Assembly (NCBI GenBank): GCA_964036045.1
Contig: OZ038378.1
Span: 158,224,001-158,288,000, forward strand
Length of the DNA: 64,000 bases
Origin: Eutreptiella sp. 'Long Island Sound 2002'
Taxonomy: Eukaryota > Protista > Euglenida
Reading direction: 5' to 3'
The notes beneath the pieces were generated by a model that saw only the letters and a list, made by a program, of their open reading frames with translations, was not told the DNA's origin and searched no databases. Positions 46,655-59,797 of this stretch are shown here, piece after piece (position 1 is the first letter of the stretch; every line of letters starts with the position of its first letter). A program made the translations under genes and the position numbers.

Positions 46655-47328
46655 AAAACATGTGTCACACCTTTCTTCGTTATGTTTGGCTGCCATGTTT
46701 GCCTTGGGTGCCCTGATGATAATAAAACACAATGCATGGGAACATTCGAAAGCTATTTTCACTCTGATAACACCCTTCAATGCGTCATTAGCACCACCAA
46801 TTGGTGCACCGTGCAACGTGCTAGAGTAGGGTGAACAGGGGTCTTCTTTTGGGTCAACAAGTGGTCCAAAATGATTATTCTCCAAAGTTGTTCCTAGACA
46901 GCTTGGGGTGCTCAAACAAGTGGTTTAAGGCTGTTTTGAGCCATTTAGGGCCCATATTCTCGAATGCAATTTCACAAAAAAATCTTGAGGTAGGCCATTT
47001 CAGACGTGAAATAGGTGGCTATGGGGTCATTTGTGCTCGGTTTTTTGCTATTTTAGCAACTACTGAATCAGTTTTTGCGAACGCGCGTGCACTGTGTGGG
47101 CACTGCATGCACGACATTCCCATAGACAAACCCGTGCTTGCATGCAGCGCGCAGTGCCAAAAGATGGTATGTTGCCAAGAACCTGCCCATGCCTGGGGGA
47201 ATGTTTGCGCAGCGCGCTACCTTTGTATTGAGTATCTTATCTCTAGCCCCAAGTTTATTCTCACCTTGGGAAGTCCCCCAAGTAGACCGCACTAGACCGC
47301 AAACCTTCTCTGCAAGGCACCTTGTATA

Positions 47329-48106
47329 GGGGGAATGTTTGCCCGGGGCGCGCCCGGCGCGCTACTTTTAGACTATGTTCCCCCCGAAGAGCCCCCAAGC
47401 ACACCCCTTGGAAGCCCTTAGAATTAGGTGACCCAAACTGCCCCAGCTCAAGAAAGTTGCAAACTGGGGTACACAGTACCACTCTCGCTCCTTTGAGGGC
47501 GATCTTGGTCAACACCTTAGCAAGTTGGGAGAATGGGGGGTTAGGATAGCACAACCGCATCGATCTCCAGTAGAAGCGATAGGCGTTATTGAGGTATCGC
47601 GAACAGTAGAGCTGCATCATAACATCGGTCCCACAAGTGTGGGTGTCAATACATTCAGTACAATAGTGCTCCTTACACTCATCACAAACTGCGACGGTGG
47701 AGCGTTCTGGCAACACAACACACACACTTCTGCCTCATCCTCTGCCTCATCTTGCGTGCCACAACCAAGCAAACAGCTGCTCAATGTGTGCCCTGTACCA
47801 CCCGTGCACGTCATTGTAACATTGTTGGCGGGCTGTCAAAGTGCCATTCTTTCTTCCAATGAATGGCACAATGACATGAATCCAGCCCTTATAAGCACCA
47901 TCATGGCCCCCAACTTCGAAATCAAAGAAATCACCTCGGGTACGAGAAGGTCCATACCCATGCCAAATCAAAACATCTGCTGATGTCCCGGGGGCCAAGG
48001 GGCAAATCCATATAATGTTGCCCAACATATCAACGGCAACAGTCCACCGGTAGGGCACGGGTCACAAAAGATGCCCGGCGCGCGCCCGGCGCGCTAACGT
48101 TCCCCC
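47329..48106 (-). mobile_element. Internally deleted PIF/Harbinger DNA transposon with DDE transposase fragment (47747-48058), TSD ATA
   Basis: Termini GGGGGAATGTT and AACGTTCCCCC, with ATA on both sides. The peptide VAVDMLGNIIWICPLAPGTSADV...DGAYKG...IVPF...YNDVHGWYRAHIEQLF fits the Harbi1/DDE_Tnp_4 pattern. Confidence 0.85.
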
Positions 48107-49634
48107 ATAAGCCGAAATACAAGAATTCAACAACCCAAAATGTCACTCCCACCACTTCCAACCACCACCCTTGCCATCGTCATGAACTGGGTGCAAAGGA
48201 TGGGCCAAATTCTTAGACACAGCATGAACGTACTCCAGATTGTTTGGTGAGGTGGGGGCAAAAACAGGCACGGCCGGGTAATGGTGCCCGGCACGTTAAC
48301 CCTCCCCCCCCTCACCCTAACCACAATTGTCGCAACAGGGCACCACCAGAACACAATGTGCACTCAAATTTGAGCATGTTCTAGACGTCCCCACTGCCCA
48401 CCATGGGCACCAAGAGCTGTGGAACATAAGCCCTTTCCAACCTTGCACCTCATGAAAGAAATCATCCCCACAAGTGGAAGGATCAATAATTGCGGCGGGC
48501 ACATGTGCACTTGTGGACCGGATGTACGCAACAGCCATGTCAGCAATAGCAACATCAGCCCTGGCTGAAAATCACAACAAAACAAACAGCATTGGGTTGC
48601 AGTTGCAAGTAGAATGTTGGTATGAGCAGGAGGAACTACTACAAGCATGATCCAGCCCCCCTTTCACTCTCCAATCGCTGCAAAGCTGTGTCACATTACA
48701 TTTCTGACCACAGAACCGTTGTCACAAAAAACCAGGAAAGCGACGGTCAAACGGCTCCCATGCTTAGACAAGACAGTGCTTGCGCAAAGGGCCGGGGGGG
48801 GGGGGTGCACTTTGAATTGGATGTAGGTTGCGCAACAAAGGAAAAAAGCACAAATCGCGTTTTGTTTTTGGCGTAGGTCGCATGCCATAGCATTGTCAAA
48901 TTCTTTTTCCACGTGCGACTTAAGCCAAAAAAAAAAGTGCACGCGACCTACACCAAAAAAAAAACACATCCGGGACATATTCCATCCATTCAAACAAGCA
49001 ACATTGCAATGTGCATGGCTAGTTGAATGGTGAAGTTGAACGCAGCATAAGTCATCACAAGCCTTGGACCCCAATCTAGTGAGTGTGCTGTACAAGGTAG
49101 TGTTGGGGACACAATCATGGGGGTGGAGAAGACGGTTGCCGCCATCCATTTCACAAACCCTCTCAGTGGTGCTTCAATTACGAAATTCGGCGCAGGAGGG
49201 GGAAAAGCCTACAACCCATGAGGGCCTCAGCGCGCGTAGGCGCACAAGATGTGGTCCAACGGTTGCTGCCTACGACAGAACCCCTCCTTTTCCCGCGCCG
49301 CAGCTCAAAGAAAAGAGCCCAACGTGCCTGCTTGGTACTGCACCGCACCCCCATCTAGCACTAGACAAAAAAAAACTTGAGTCTCACCCCGTTGGGAGTA
49401 CCACTGGCCGCCCAGCACCCATGGCAGCTGGAGTGTGGCACCCGGACCACCCTCAGGTGACCTGCTGAGGAGACGGCGATGATCCCCAAAGGACATCTCA
49501 GGGATAAGGACCCTCCCATCCCACGGCGCCTGCAACTAGCGATGTGCACTGAGCCGGACAAGGGCGAGAATGATGCCGGGTCAGCCACAACAAGCAACAC
49601 ACCTTGCTTAAACTGCGAGTGTGTGCCCTCCATA

Positions 49635-49999
49635 CCCCCCTGCCTTGGTATAAGCTACGCAAAAATACCAAATCAATATGGTCCCTACGCCTACTGTAGC
49701 TTGGACAAGGCCGTAGACGCCCAGGTTCAGAAAGAGAAGATCGCATGGTGAGCTGGGGCAAGAAAGGGGAATAGAATGCACAAAATATCCCCAAAATCAG
49801 AGCTATGTGGGTTCAAGTGGGCAAACACTCACAACAAATGTGTCCATGACCCCGTGTAACTGGCAAATTTGTCACCAAACCCATGTCTTATGTGGCTGCA
49901 CTACATTTGTACCGAATCAAAGTAGGTACCAAATTAATACGATCCCTACGCCCGCTGCAGCTTGGACACGGGCGTGGCTTATACAAGAGGGGGGGGGGG
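49635..49999. mobile_element. TA-flanked MITE, copy 1
   Basis: Poly-C...TATAAGCTACGC and GCGTGGCTTATACAA...poly-G ends, with TA on both sides. The internal sequence matches 56315-56721 and 59798-60163. Confidence 0.8.
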
Positions 50000-52009
50000 T
50001 ACATCTATACCCCAATTTAACTCACGCCCATGTTGCCCCCTTGCCACCCCCACCCCCACCCCATGTGCGCTCTGTGCTATTTACATAGGTGCAGGTCTAA
50101 CTGTTCTGAGACAGGGGGAAGGTGCCAGGGCGGCACCTTTCCTGAAAATGAACAGTGCTGCAGTGCGGACAGACTTGTAGAGAGTGATTTATGTTTGCAA
50201 ACGCTGTGTTTTTTGCAAATAATATGGGCAGCACACACGCGCGCGCGCACACACACACGCAGTGCGACCAAAACATCAGCGTGCGTGGAGGACAGTAATC
50301 GCTCTCATTGGATCATAAGTCCAAGAGTACAGGGGTACCCCCCGTATGTGCAGTCGGTAGCCAATGGAATACTGGTGCACAAGAAATGGGGTGGAAGAGC
50401 CTGCGGCGGACCTCCCCTGTCCAACACAGCCATCCATCGGGTGCAGGAAGAAATCGATTCACTCGGAGGCACTTAACCAAGAAATGCACCGTTGAAATGC
50501 ACTGTTTGCCGCCGTGCAGACACACACGCACACACACGAACACGCACGCACAAGGCTCAAGCTGCGCATGCGTCTCCCTTGGTACAGTGGCATGTGGCCT
50601 ACCGTGCCCCGCATCCCTGATGCTCGTGCTCCGTGCCTATGCGGGGGCCGGCCAAGGGGCGAGCCCACGTGACACACCCACGGTAGGAGGCTTGATGGGA
50701 AGCCTACTGAACGCCGGTGGCTTGAAGAAGAGGCATCCTACCACCGTCTCCAAACCTTGGCCCTGTGGCCCAAGGGCTTCTGCCTGGGAATCAAAGGAAG
50801 GAATCTCACTTGACCCGCAGAAACGTACCGCACTGCGTCATTCAAGCATCCCGAGTTTTATGCCACGCTGCACAACATAGCCCCAGAACTTGGAACGAAA
50901 TGAGGGGGTGACGTGCAGCGGGCATGCGCCTCAGGGGTCATGGATGCGGCCAAACACACGTGCTCTGGTGCACCATGTGCACCGCGCACACCGCGCGGGC
51001 GGCACCCTGAGACTTCAGGCAACCTCCAGGCATCTGGTTCAGGTGGGGTGCAGACCATCACCCGCCCGCACACAACAGTCACCCACACAGCCTCGGGAAT
51101 CAGGAAATGGGCACCATGTCTGTTGTCGGAGTTCACCCCCGAATACAGAGGGAATGAGGCTAGAGCCACTCGATGAGGCCCCGGACTGCGGCAGGAGGGA
51201 CCTCAACCCGGCGTAGACCGCTCGGTATTGACTGACCGGGCGCTGGAGTGGCTGGGGGCAAGGCGCATGGAGCCTGTCCTCGAGCTGCCTTCTGTCTCGC
51301 ATTTGGATTCCATGTGGTGGTGCCCGGCCGGCAGGGGGCGCAATACACACCACCTATTCAGTGTGTGTGTGTGTGTGTGTGTGTGTGTCTGGGGGAAACA
51401 CCAGATTATAGAGGAAGGCCTGCATGGGTCCATGGGGTTGGCGTGCTCTGTGGAACGCAACGACGTCTGTTCAGCCGGCGAAACATTCCCGCAACGGCTG
51501 AAAGGGCGCCCCCGGGCACAGGCCAGAGCCTCGGTGAGGGAGACGATTACGAGCATTCTGCGGGTGTGTCCGTGTGTGTGTCTGTGTGTGTGGGGGGCCG
51601 CCATATTAGAGAGGAAGGCCTGCAGGGGTCTACGGGCTGCCTGCTTTGAAAAAGGGGAGGGATGCCCGCACATGGACCTCCGTTCTCGACGGTGGGTGGA
51701 AAGAGGGCTCCTCTCCCCCGCACGCTGCCCTCGCCAAGGCCAGAGCCTCTTTTGGGGGTGTGTGTCTGTGTGTGTCACCGTCTATTCATGAGGGCAGGAG
51801 CCCCTTGAGCCCAGGGGTAGCACGGTTGTGTCCGCACGGTCGTAACGTCGGTGCCAGTGGTCCCCCTTTGGTCACCGACGGTTCATGGGGCAGACAGATA
51901 TGGTGCCCATGGTCCGCTTCACCATTTAGCAACTCCTGTGGTACAGGGGCTGGTGGGGGTTGGGACCTTGTGCACCACAAGTAGACACGGCCCGGCACGT
52001 TGTAGGCGT

Positions 52010-52200
52010 GAATACACAATACTCAGACCCCGTTCCCAAGTCACAGGGCAGCAACAGCTTTTACCCGAGCACAGGGGTCCGGCGGTCTGTAGTTTGTAGG
52101 CACTGTGTGCCACAAGTAGACGCAGCCTGCCAATTGTACACACTTTCGGCGCATTGCACATGCCAGTGACAATATTCAGAAAATCAGGGCGCAGCAACAG
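52010..52200. repeat. ~190-bp dispersed repeat, second copy at 58011-58202
   Basis: Near-identical GAATACACAATACTCAG.CCCCGTTCCCAAGTCACAGGG...GCAGCAACAG at both loci. Confidence 0.85.
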
Positions 52201-53845
52201 GCTTTCTGCGCTTCGGCGCCGGAGGTATACTTGGTACACGTGGCACGTGCCTGTGATCACGGGCGGCGCTGATGTGGTGGGCATACACATATTCCGGAGC
52301 AACACCAACATGGGATCAGCGGGGTCAGCCCGTGTACGGGATCTCTGGCCCTTCTGGGTCTGGCAGCAAAGGGTGTATGAGTGCTGTTGTGCTCCAGCAG
52401 CGAATGGCATCCAAATGGACGTGCATACGGACGCATACAGACGGGCATACGGCCACATCGGCACTGTGCACACACAGTGAATCTCTGCCCCACCATCACA
52501 GGGCGCACATATTACAGCGTAGCAAGAGACTTGCCTTTGGCAACCATGCGATTTTGGGGCAATAACTTTCTATGGGGTCAAGAGGTTAAGGGGAAAAAGG
52601 TCGTGCCGCCGAACGATCCTGCAATTACAAGTCCCCCTGGAGCTGGGCGGCAACCCCGCAACAGGGCTGCCAGAAAGTCAAAGCCCCATGCCATGGCCAT
52701 GTATGTGGCCCCGCGCACTTGAGAAACTACGAGGTCCGATCCAGTCGTGTCCAAGCGATGGCGCTGCGTCACCGAAACCGATGCAGTGCGACGGGTCATA
52801 TAAGACTGTACTTGCGAAAAGGGCACAGGGGAGGGGGCTATCTTGACAGCGCTTGGCTTTCGGTGGGGTACGGGCCCACTTAAACGTGCGGGAATACAAC
52901 TCTCGGTCTTTGACGGTAAATCCGTTGAGCTTGCGTCGAATGGTTGCCAGAGCCTACGCATTCAAGGGTCAGCGCGATTCAGCCTCTAACGGTCCGCATT
53001 AGGACTGACCAAACCAACCTGAGCCCCAGATGTGCTGTGGCATTCAGTGCTGAACGAGTGGGGGAAGTCTTCCTTTTGCACTCAAATGCTCAGAGATATT
53101 CGCCTCCTTCCTCCGTAGTATGCCATTCACACCACACACACACACCTGCACACCCACTTTCAGCCCCCCCCCCCTTTCATCCGGGGGCTCCGTTGACACA
53201 ACCAAAACACGTTCGGGCCCACAGAGGGTGAGAATGAGCAGTGGCGAGAAGCCAAGAGGCGCCGCAAAAGGCAAACAATCAGATACCGAGGCCTTGTGCC
53301 AAACCCCCCCCTCTCTGTGTGTCCGTGTGTGCCCCCCCCCCCCTCTCCCCTGCACACCACAGGAGCCACTGCAAAGCGTCACTTCCACGGGTGTGCTGTA
53401 CAACATTCCGTCCATGCCACAGGATGCCCACCCAAGTGCACGACACCGCGCTGCGTCTCACGTGCACGGCTCCATGCCGCAGCCCATCGCCACGGCAGCA
53501 CTGCCCATCCGGCCGGGCACGTAGGAGCAGAGCCGCCGGCTTCCAGGCGAATGGATCCCGCCAGGCGTGCGGCCCCCATGCACCGCCGAAAAGGTGACGC
53601 CATCCGCACCGCACCGAAGGATCGGTTGACCAGAAGGCGCCTGCCCGCCGCCATGCGTGGGCGCTTGACAACGGTCCGTACACTATCGACTGCTGTTGAG
53701 TACAGGCCCATGGCCGCCGCTGCCAGTCAACTTCCTCATAAGAAAAAGGTCCCAAACGCTGACTGGCTAAAGACCGTCCGCCCGTGCCTACTCCCGCCCG
53801 GCCGGAAGCGCCCCACTTCAATCCACCGGCGTCTCGACCACCGCC

Positions 53846-54736
53846 CTAGTCCAACCCGCTTTTTGCGGCGGCCTGGGCCATCTTCGAGCCCACGGTCAGC
53901 GCCGTATCCAAATTGACAGGGACCGTGCCCAGGGACTGCCCTCCAATGGACACCGGCACGTCCACCGTCACATCCCCGCCCTTGTCCTTCCCTTTCCCCT
54001 TCTTCCCCTTCTTGTCCTTCTTGTCGCCCCCGCTGTCCTCCGCGGCCTCCATCTCCGCTTCCGGCGTCCGGCCCTGATCATTTGCGTCATACGTCGTCCC
54101 CGGGGCGCCCTGCCTCTTTATGTAGATGCCCCAGCCCAAGGCAAACACAACGCCCGCTGCACACCCCGCGATCTGCATCTGCCAGGGCGCCTGGTGGTTG
54201 TCCCCAAACATCCCAAACATCAGGAACACGTACACGGTGCCGAGCAGCGTCGCAACGGCCACGCGCTTGAGCTTCATTGGCTTCTCGAAGAATGCCCCAG
54301 CAATGATGTACCCCATCTGCCCCATGGACACGCCGGCGAAACCCCGGTGGATGACGTCGCCGCTGCCGGCGCACCACAGCCCAAAGCCCCCCACCAGCCA
54401 ACACCAACTCGTCACGAGGGCGTACATGCGCAGCCCCTGCGTGCCCACCAGAATGACCCCGAACATGACGAGTCCGATGGAGTTTGTGAGCGCGTGCGCG
54501 AGGCCAGAGTGCAGCATGGGGGCCAGCACCACCCCCAACAGCCCCAGCGCCGTGCGCGGGCGGATGCCAAGCTGCGCGAGCTGTGTTTCCTTTGGGAGGA
54601 ACAAGTCCACCACCACCACCGCCCACATGACCACCAGCATTATGAAGAAGATCAGGGCCTTGAGGCGCCATGAGGTCCCTAGCGTCATCTTGAGGCACGT
54701 AGTGACGCGGCTAGGGCCCTGCGTGCCCTTGTCCAC
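53846..54736 (-). CDS. Rhomboid-family membrane protein, likely inactive; probable terminal exon of a C2-rhomboid gene
   Basis: GIRPRTALGLLGVVLAPMLHSGLAHALTN has the rhomboid HxxxxHxxxN pattern, followed by several TM segments. GFAG replaces GxSG and WQMQ replaces the catalytic-His motif. The ORF begins directly after the acceptor-like CTCGCAG (54737). Confidence 0.85.
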   Translation of the reverse strand: MDKGTQGPSRVTTCLKMTLGTSWRLKALIFFIMLVVMWAVVVVDLFLPKETQLAQLGIRPRTALGLLGVVLAPMLHSGLAHALTNSIGLVMFGVILVGTQGLRMYALVTSWCWLVGGFGLWCAGSGDVIHRGFAGVSMGQMGYIIAGAFFEKPMKLKRVAVATLLGTVYVFLMFGMFGDNHQAPWQMQIAGCAAGVVFALGWGIYIKRQGAPGTTYDANDQGRTPEAEMEAAEDSGGDKKDKKGKKGKGKDKGGDVTVDVPVSIGGQSLGTVPVNLDTALTVGSKMAQAAAKSGLD

Positions 54737-54849
54737 CTGCGAGCGTGTTCAGAGGGAACATGGCATATTGTGTATTAGGCTCATCTGCAGCGTGCACCCT
54801 TCCCCCTGGGGGTGGGGTAGGGTAAATAGTGTAGGTCAACGAATATTAG

Positions 54850-55260
54850 ATATATGTATGCATACGCATGTATACATATATACATACTTACGCATACACA
54901 TATACTTGTATCCGTATGTGCAGATACGTATACATGACATATACGCGATGCATACGTGTATACATATACTCGTATACGTATATGCCTATGTGTATACGCA
55001 TACATGCACGCATAGGTATACGTGTATACTATTGCCATATCTATATAGGGAGTTCGTGTATACTGAAGCCATATAGGTCCTGAATCCATACATGTATATG
55101 CGTATACATGCATTCGTGTATGCGTATACACAGGTACGCATATGTGTATATGTATTCACAACGTGTACATGTATACGCATATTGCATACATAGAAGTGCA
55201 TATGCATATGCGTAATATGCCTCTATGTATAAGCGTGCATGTGTGTATACGTATACGTGT
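54850..55260. repeat. Degenerate purine-pyrimidine alternating (TA/CA/CG) low-complexity tract
   Basis: Runs of TATAC/GCATAT/GTATAC. Confidence 0.85.
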
Positions 55261-55639
55261 CTACTAACACCATGTCTTTGGGGGACTATCTGTGCCGCAC
55301 ACCACTTTTTGCGGCACATTTACCCAGAATGGGTTGGCTTTTGCCCCTCCCAAAATGCCCCCTAAGGAGAGCAAACCCTTGGGTACAAGACCTGTGTAAA
55401 CATCCCGACTTCCTACAAATATTGCACAAGCAAAAGGGCAACTTAATGAATTAATCTACCGTGTGCTAGCAATCCATGCCCACGTGTGTGGGTGCCAAAA
55501 GAAAGGCAACAATAACATCGCTAGCTAGCAACCTACTCTGCCGATGCCAGCAAATCATCCACACATGCGTGGGTGCTGAAACAATCACCGCAATAATGCA
55601 CATGACAAGTATCGCACTCGAAAAGAGAAGCTTTCTTCA

Positions 55640-56800
55640 TGCAACATAGAGCACACACTTCACCATCCCCCATTCATCATCAACCTGAATTTCCTCTCTA
55701 CATTTGTCCACACATGGGCGGCACATGGAGCCAAGGGCCATAAGGAGGGTAGCAAACTTGGCACTGAGTACCAAATTGGACCGGGTGCAACAAGATACGA
55801 ATATGAAGGGTAGCCACATTGCCCCTCCAAATAGTGCGGACCAAACCCAATGCCACAAACAGCCGAACAAATGTTCTACCCTAGCCCTATAATACCCATG
55901 CACATCATTATATTCTAGTTGCCATTTTGTGAGGCTACTACGCCCAATGAAAGGCACAGCCGTGTGTATATGGTTTTAAAAAGGATACATACAATCAGGA
56001 AATCCAAATCACTGCAATAGCAAACATCTGAAGTGCTCGGGAGCAGAGATGTTCATGTTACAGCTAGTGCGTGCAAAGTGACATAAGCCCGGGTGGGCGG
56101 GTGGGCAATGGATGTGAGCAATACAAAAAATTTGAATCTGTCAACAGTTGATCAGGATGAAGCCTCGATGTAAAACAGCCCTTTCAGCAGAGCATGAAAG
56201 ATCAGTTTGTGTAAGCGCCATCATTGGCACCAAGTTCATAATCTTTGAAATGTCCCTTGACCCATGTGGCCCTTCGCGGTGACCAAATCAGTACATCCGT
56301 GGAGGTGCTACATACCCCCCCCCCCCCCCTTGTAGAAGCTACGCAAAAGTCCCAAATTAATACGGTCCCTACGCCTACTATAGCTTGGACACGGGCGTAG
56401 CTTGCGCGCGACACATACAACTACCGACACCGGGCACCCGGGTTCAAAAAGAGAGGATTGCATGGTGAGCTGGTGCAAGCAAGGGGAATATAATGCACAA
56501 TTATCCCCAAAATCAGAGCTGTTTGGGTTCAAGCTGGCAAACACTCACAACAAATGTGTCCATGACTCTATGTGACTTGCAAATTCGTCACAAAACCCAT
56601 GTCTTATGTGGCCGCACTACCTTTGGTACCGAATTAAAATTAGGTCCCGAATTAATTACGGTCCCTACGCCTACTGTAGCTTGGACAAGGGCGTAGCTTA
56701 TACAAAGGGGGGGGGGGGGGGTAAACAAGGGAACATATCCAAATAAGATTGCCTCAGCTACCAATCGTGACTATCACTTTCCTAATGGGGCCTGCATATT
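55640..56800 (-). pseudogene. PIF/Harbinger transposase fossil interrupted by a TA-flanked MITE
   Basis: GNLIWICSLV | CSTSTDVLIW...YELGANDGAY...MPFIGRSSLTKWQLEYNDVHGYYRARVEHLF is collinear with 47747-48058. Confidence 0.8.
56315..56721. mobile_element. TA-flanked MITE, copy 2
   Basis: Same family as 49635-49999 and 59798-60163, inverted relative to the latter. Confidence 0.82.
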
Positions 56801-58912
56801 TTGGATTGAGCAAGATGTTTCTCCAATGGAATCAATGGGCATGGCGACTTGGACATTGTTTTTGCCTCACATCTCAAGAACGAAGCACAACATATTTGGC
56901 TACATTTCCCCTGCCGTATCGGGGCTGGACGAAATGGTCTAGTGGCTGCATATCCCCCGCCATATTTGGGCCAAATGGGACCGGACAAAATGGTGCAGTG
57001 GCTGCATATCCCCACCATACATGGGCCAAATGGCCTAGAGGGGTCTCCAACGTGGAGAGAATAAGATAGCCCGGTTAACCTCAGCAGCACCGGAAGGTTG
57101 AACAAACACACCGGGTAGGTAGGTACCTTTTGGTGGATTGTTTGGTGGCTATACGGGGTGAGACAAAGCAGGGAGGGGGTCGAAAATTTGTCATGGGCGG
57201 GGAATGGGCCCAAAAGATGCGCGGTGCGGGTGCTTGGTTGGGCTAGACCGCCTATTCTCTACGCTGCGTCAGGTGGACCCCCTATGTAGAAAGTTTGTGC
57301 AAATGCATATACTAACACCGTGTCTACGTAGGGGAGGGAGTTTGGGTAGGTGTGTATACATTGCGTATACTGAAACACATGGTAGCACGATAGTGTTTCC
57401 CCATGCATACACCCCCCCCCCCCAATCGGCGAAGAAATGCCAACAAATCAGCGGAACAAATCGGCGGACCGATTTTTCAGCAAAACAGGTTCCCTGTGCC
57501 CTGGATCTCAGTCCCAGGCCCTAAACACACCTTCCTTTTGGTTGCTCTGTAGGTGGAGTCATGTGGAAACCCAAAATATGTCTCAATTTTCGAAAAAAAA
57601 TTCATCTATCAGTTTGTACGTGGTTCCTCAGGAGTCACCTGGCAGTGTAAGGTGGTGGTCCAGTGGTATATGCCCTGTTCTGCACATTGGTTGGCAGTGG
57701 TTCAAGTCGGCAGGACAAATCGGCAAAATCACAGAAACCCAACGAATCGGCAGAACAAATCGGCGAAATTCAGAAACCCAAAAAATCGGCAGAACAAATC
57801 GGCGAGGTCGGCCGAATTCGGCCGCCGATTTTGGGGGGGGGGGGGGGCTTGTGCATAGGGGTCCGGCGGTGTGTAGTTTGTGGACACTGTGCACCAAAAA
57901 TAGGCGTGGCCCACTCATTGTAGACACTGTCAGCATGCTGTAGGCGCGAAGAGACAATATTCCGGAAGAATGCCGGAGGCCCGCTTCCCAAACACAGGAC
58001 AGCAACAACTGAATACACAATACTCAGGCCCCCGTTCCCAAGTCACAGGGCAGCAACAGCTTTTACCCGAGCACAGGGGTCCGGCGGTCTGTAGTTTGTA
58101 GGCACTGTGCGCCACAAGTGGACGCAGCCTGCCAATTGTACACACTTTCGGCACATTGCACATGCAAGTGACAATATTCAGAAAATCAGGGTGCAGCAAC
58201 AGCCTGTTTTCTTGAGTTGCAGGGCATGCAGGCAGCCTTTGAATGACAACCTCGGGGTTTTTGAGCTCCATGGCAGGTGTTGCATATTTTCGGGTTTTCG
58301 GGGGTTTGGAGGTTTTTGTCAATTTTGGTACGTTGGGTGCACTGATGGATTGTACACACCCTATATCGCCATGACTTCAGTGCACACATCAAATACACGT
58401 ATACACAAACTCCCTATGTAGACATGGTGTTTGTATACGTGTATGCGTGTGTCCAACGCATAGGCCACAGGTATGTATACGCATCTACGCGCGTATACGT
58501 ACAGCCCTTAGGAACATGCACTGCTTAATAGTGCTGGCATAACACACGTGCTCAAGATTCATGAAGAGAACCCTCACAATGTGGACGGCTGCTGGTGAGC
58601 ACACAGCCGGTGGACCGCTTGTTGTGCATCTGGCTCCGTGGTCCTTGCGACAGGACTTGCGGGCAGACATGCTGGTGTGCCCGCGGTGTGTTGTATTTTG
58701 TTTCTTGTCAGTGCATGTGTCATGATGATGGACCTGTGGGTAAGTACGCCAGCTTGCAGCCGGGATGTTGTTTGGTGACCCTGAGGGAAGGGGGGTCGTA
58801 GGCAGGTAGACAGGCATGCAGGCAGGCAGATAAGCAGGTAGGTAGGTGGGCCCCAAAAACCCACCAACACGCCCGTCTTAGTCGGCTCAGCTGCAGGCGG
58901 CGCTAAGAGCAA

Positions 58913-59220
58913 GGCGGGAAGAAAATTGCTCTGCGGGGGGGGGGGGGTGACACGGAGGCCCATTTTCCCAACCCCTCCCCCCCTCCTTGGCCGCCGTGAC
59001 GGGAGGGGGGGTTCAGGGCGGGGGTGTCCGACCTGCCGTGCCGGGGGGGGGGGGGTCAACCCAACATCTATGGCTCAAAATGATACCCACGTCGCGCTGA
59101 TCATTTTGACTATCCAAATGTGGGGGGGGAAATTATTGCCCAACCCCCCCCCCCCTCCTTCGGCGGGCGTCCATGTCACCCCCCCCCCCCCCCCCCCCGC
59201 AGAGCAATTTTCAGGTCGCC
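58913..59220. repeat. Dispersed repeat, copy of 2777-3127
   Basis: Direct sequence similarity, with inverted GAAAATTGCTCTGC-polyG and polyC-GCAGAGCAATTTTC ends. Confidence 0.75.
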
Positions 59221-59288
59221 CAACTGTGCACGAGGGTACCCTTATGGCACGACCCTGGCCGCCACACTCACCCCGGGTGCCCCGAGAC

Positions 59289-59705
59289 CTGCGATCGTAG
59301 AGCCGCGAGATCCTCACGCTGCACTGCAATGTGCTTCTGCAGGGCCTCGGTGTGGCGCTTTGGGGTGGCGATTTGGACCTCCAGACGCACACTGCCGTTG
59401 CCCTCGGGCAGGGTGTGCCACTGTGCATTCTCCTGGTCGATGCCCAGCTCGGCCAAAGGGATGGTGATCGTGCCGAGGGTACGCAGGCCCAGTACATTGC
59501 TTTTGTCCTGCACCTGCACGACGAGATCCTGCGACCGGTCGTTCAGCGGGATCTCAAAGAGCTCATGGAATGCGGGATTTGAGGATTGATTCCAAACCTT
59601 CGTCTTGTGCGACACCCCCCCGACTGCAAGGCTCACCACCGCGTTCACGGAAGCGCCCAGTTGCTTTGCCTCCACGACATCAACCAACAAAATATGTTCA
59701 TCCAT
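59289..59705 (-). CDS. C2 domain plus short coiled-coil-like linker; probable first coding exon of the C2-rhomboid gene
   Basis: LLVDVVEAKQL...HKTKVWNQSSNPAFHELFEIPL...LVVQVQD...LGTITIPLAEL...QWHTL is a typical C2 beta-sandwich pattern. A pyrimidine-rich acceptor-like TTGTCTTCTTCAG lies 12 nt upstream of the ATG. Confidence 0.88.
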
Positions 59706-59797
59706 CACGCAAACCCACTGAAGAAGACAACACAGACAGTGGTAGGGCCTCCTCCATAGAGCGCTGCACAGCGCTGCAATGCGGATCTGCGCATGTA

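Larger units (their letters stand above)
54737..59288 (-). other. Predicted 4552-bp GT-AG intron joining the C2 and rhomboid exons in frame
   Basis: CAG|GT at 59289/59288 and CAG|GT at 54737/54736, both phase 0. The interval is filled with transposon debris. No transcript evidence. Confidence 0.55.

Noticed and set aside
57190-57240. PIF-like right end for the 55.6-56.8 kb fossil
   Set aside because: AAAAGATGCG matches the family end, but the terminal CCCCC and TSD are missing, so boundaries were not called.
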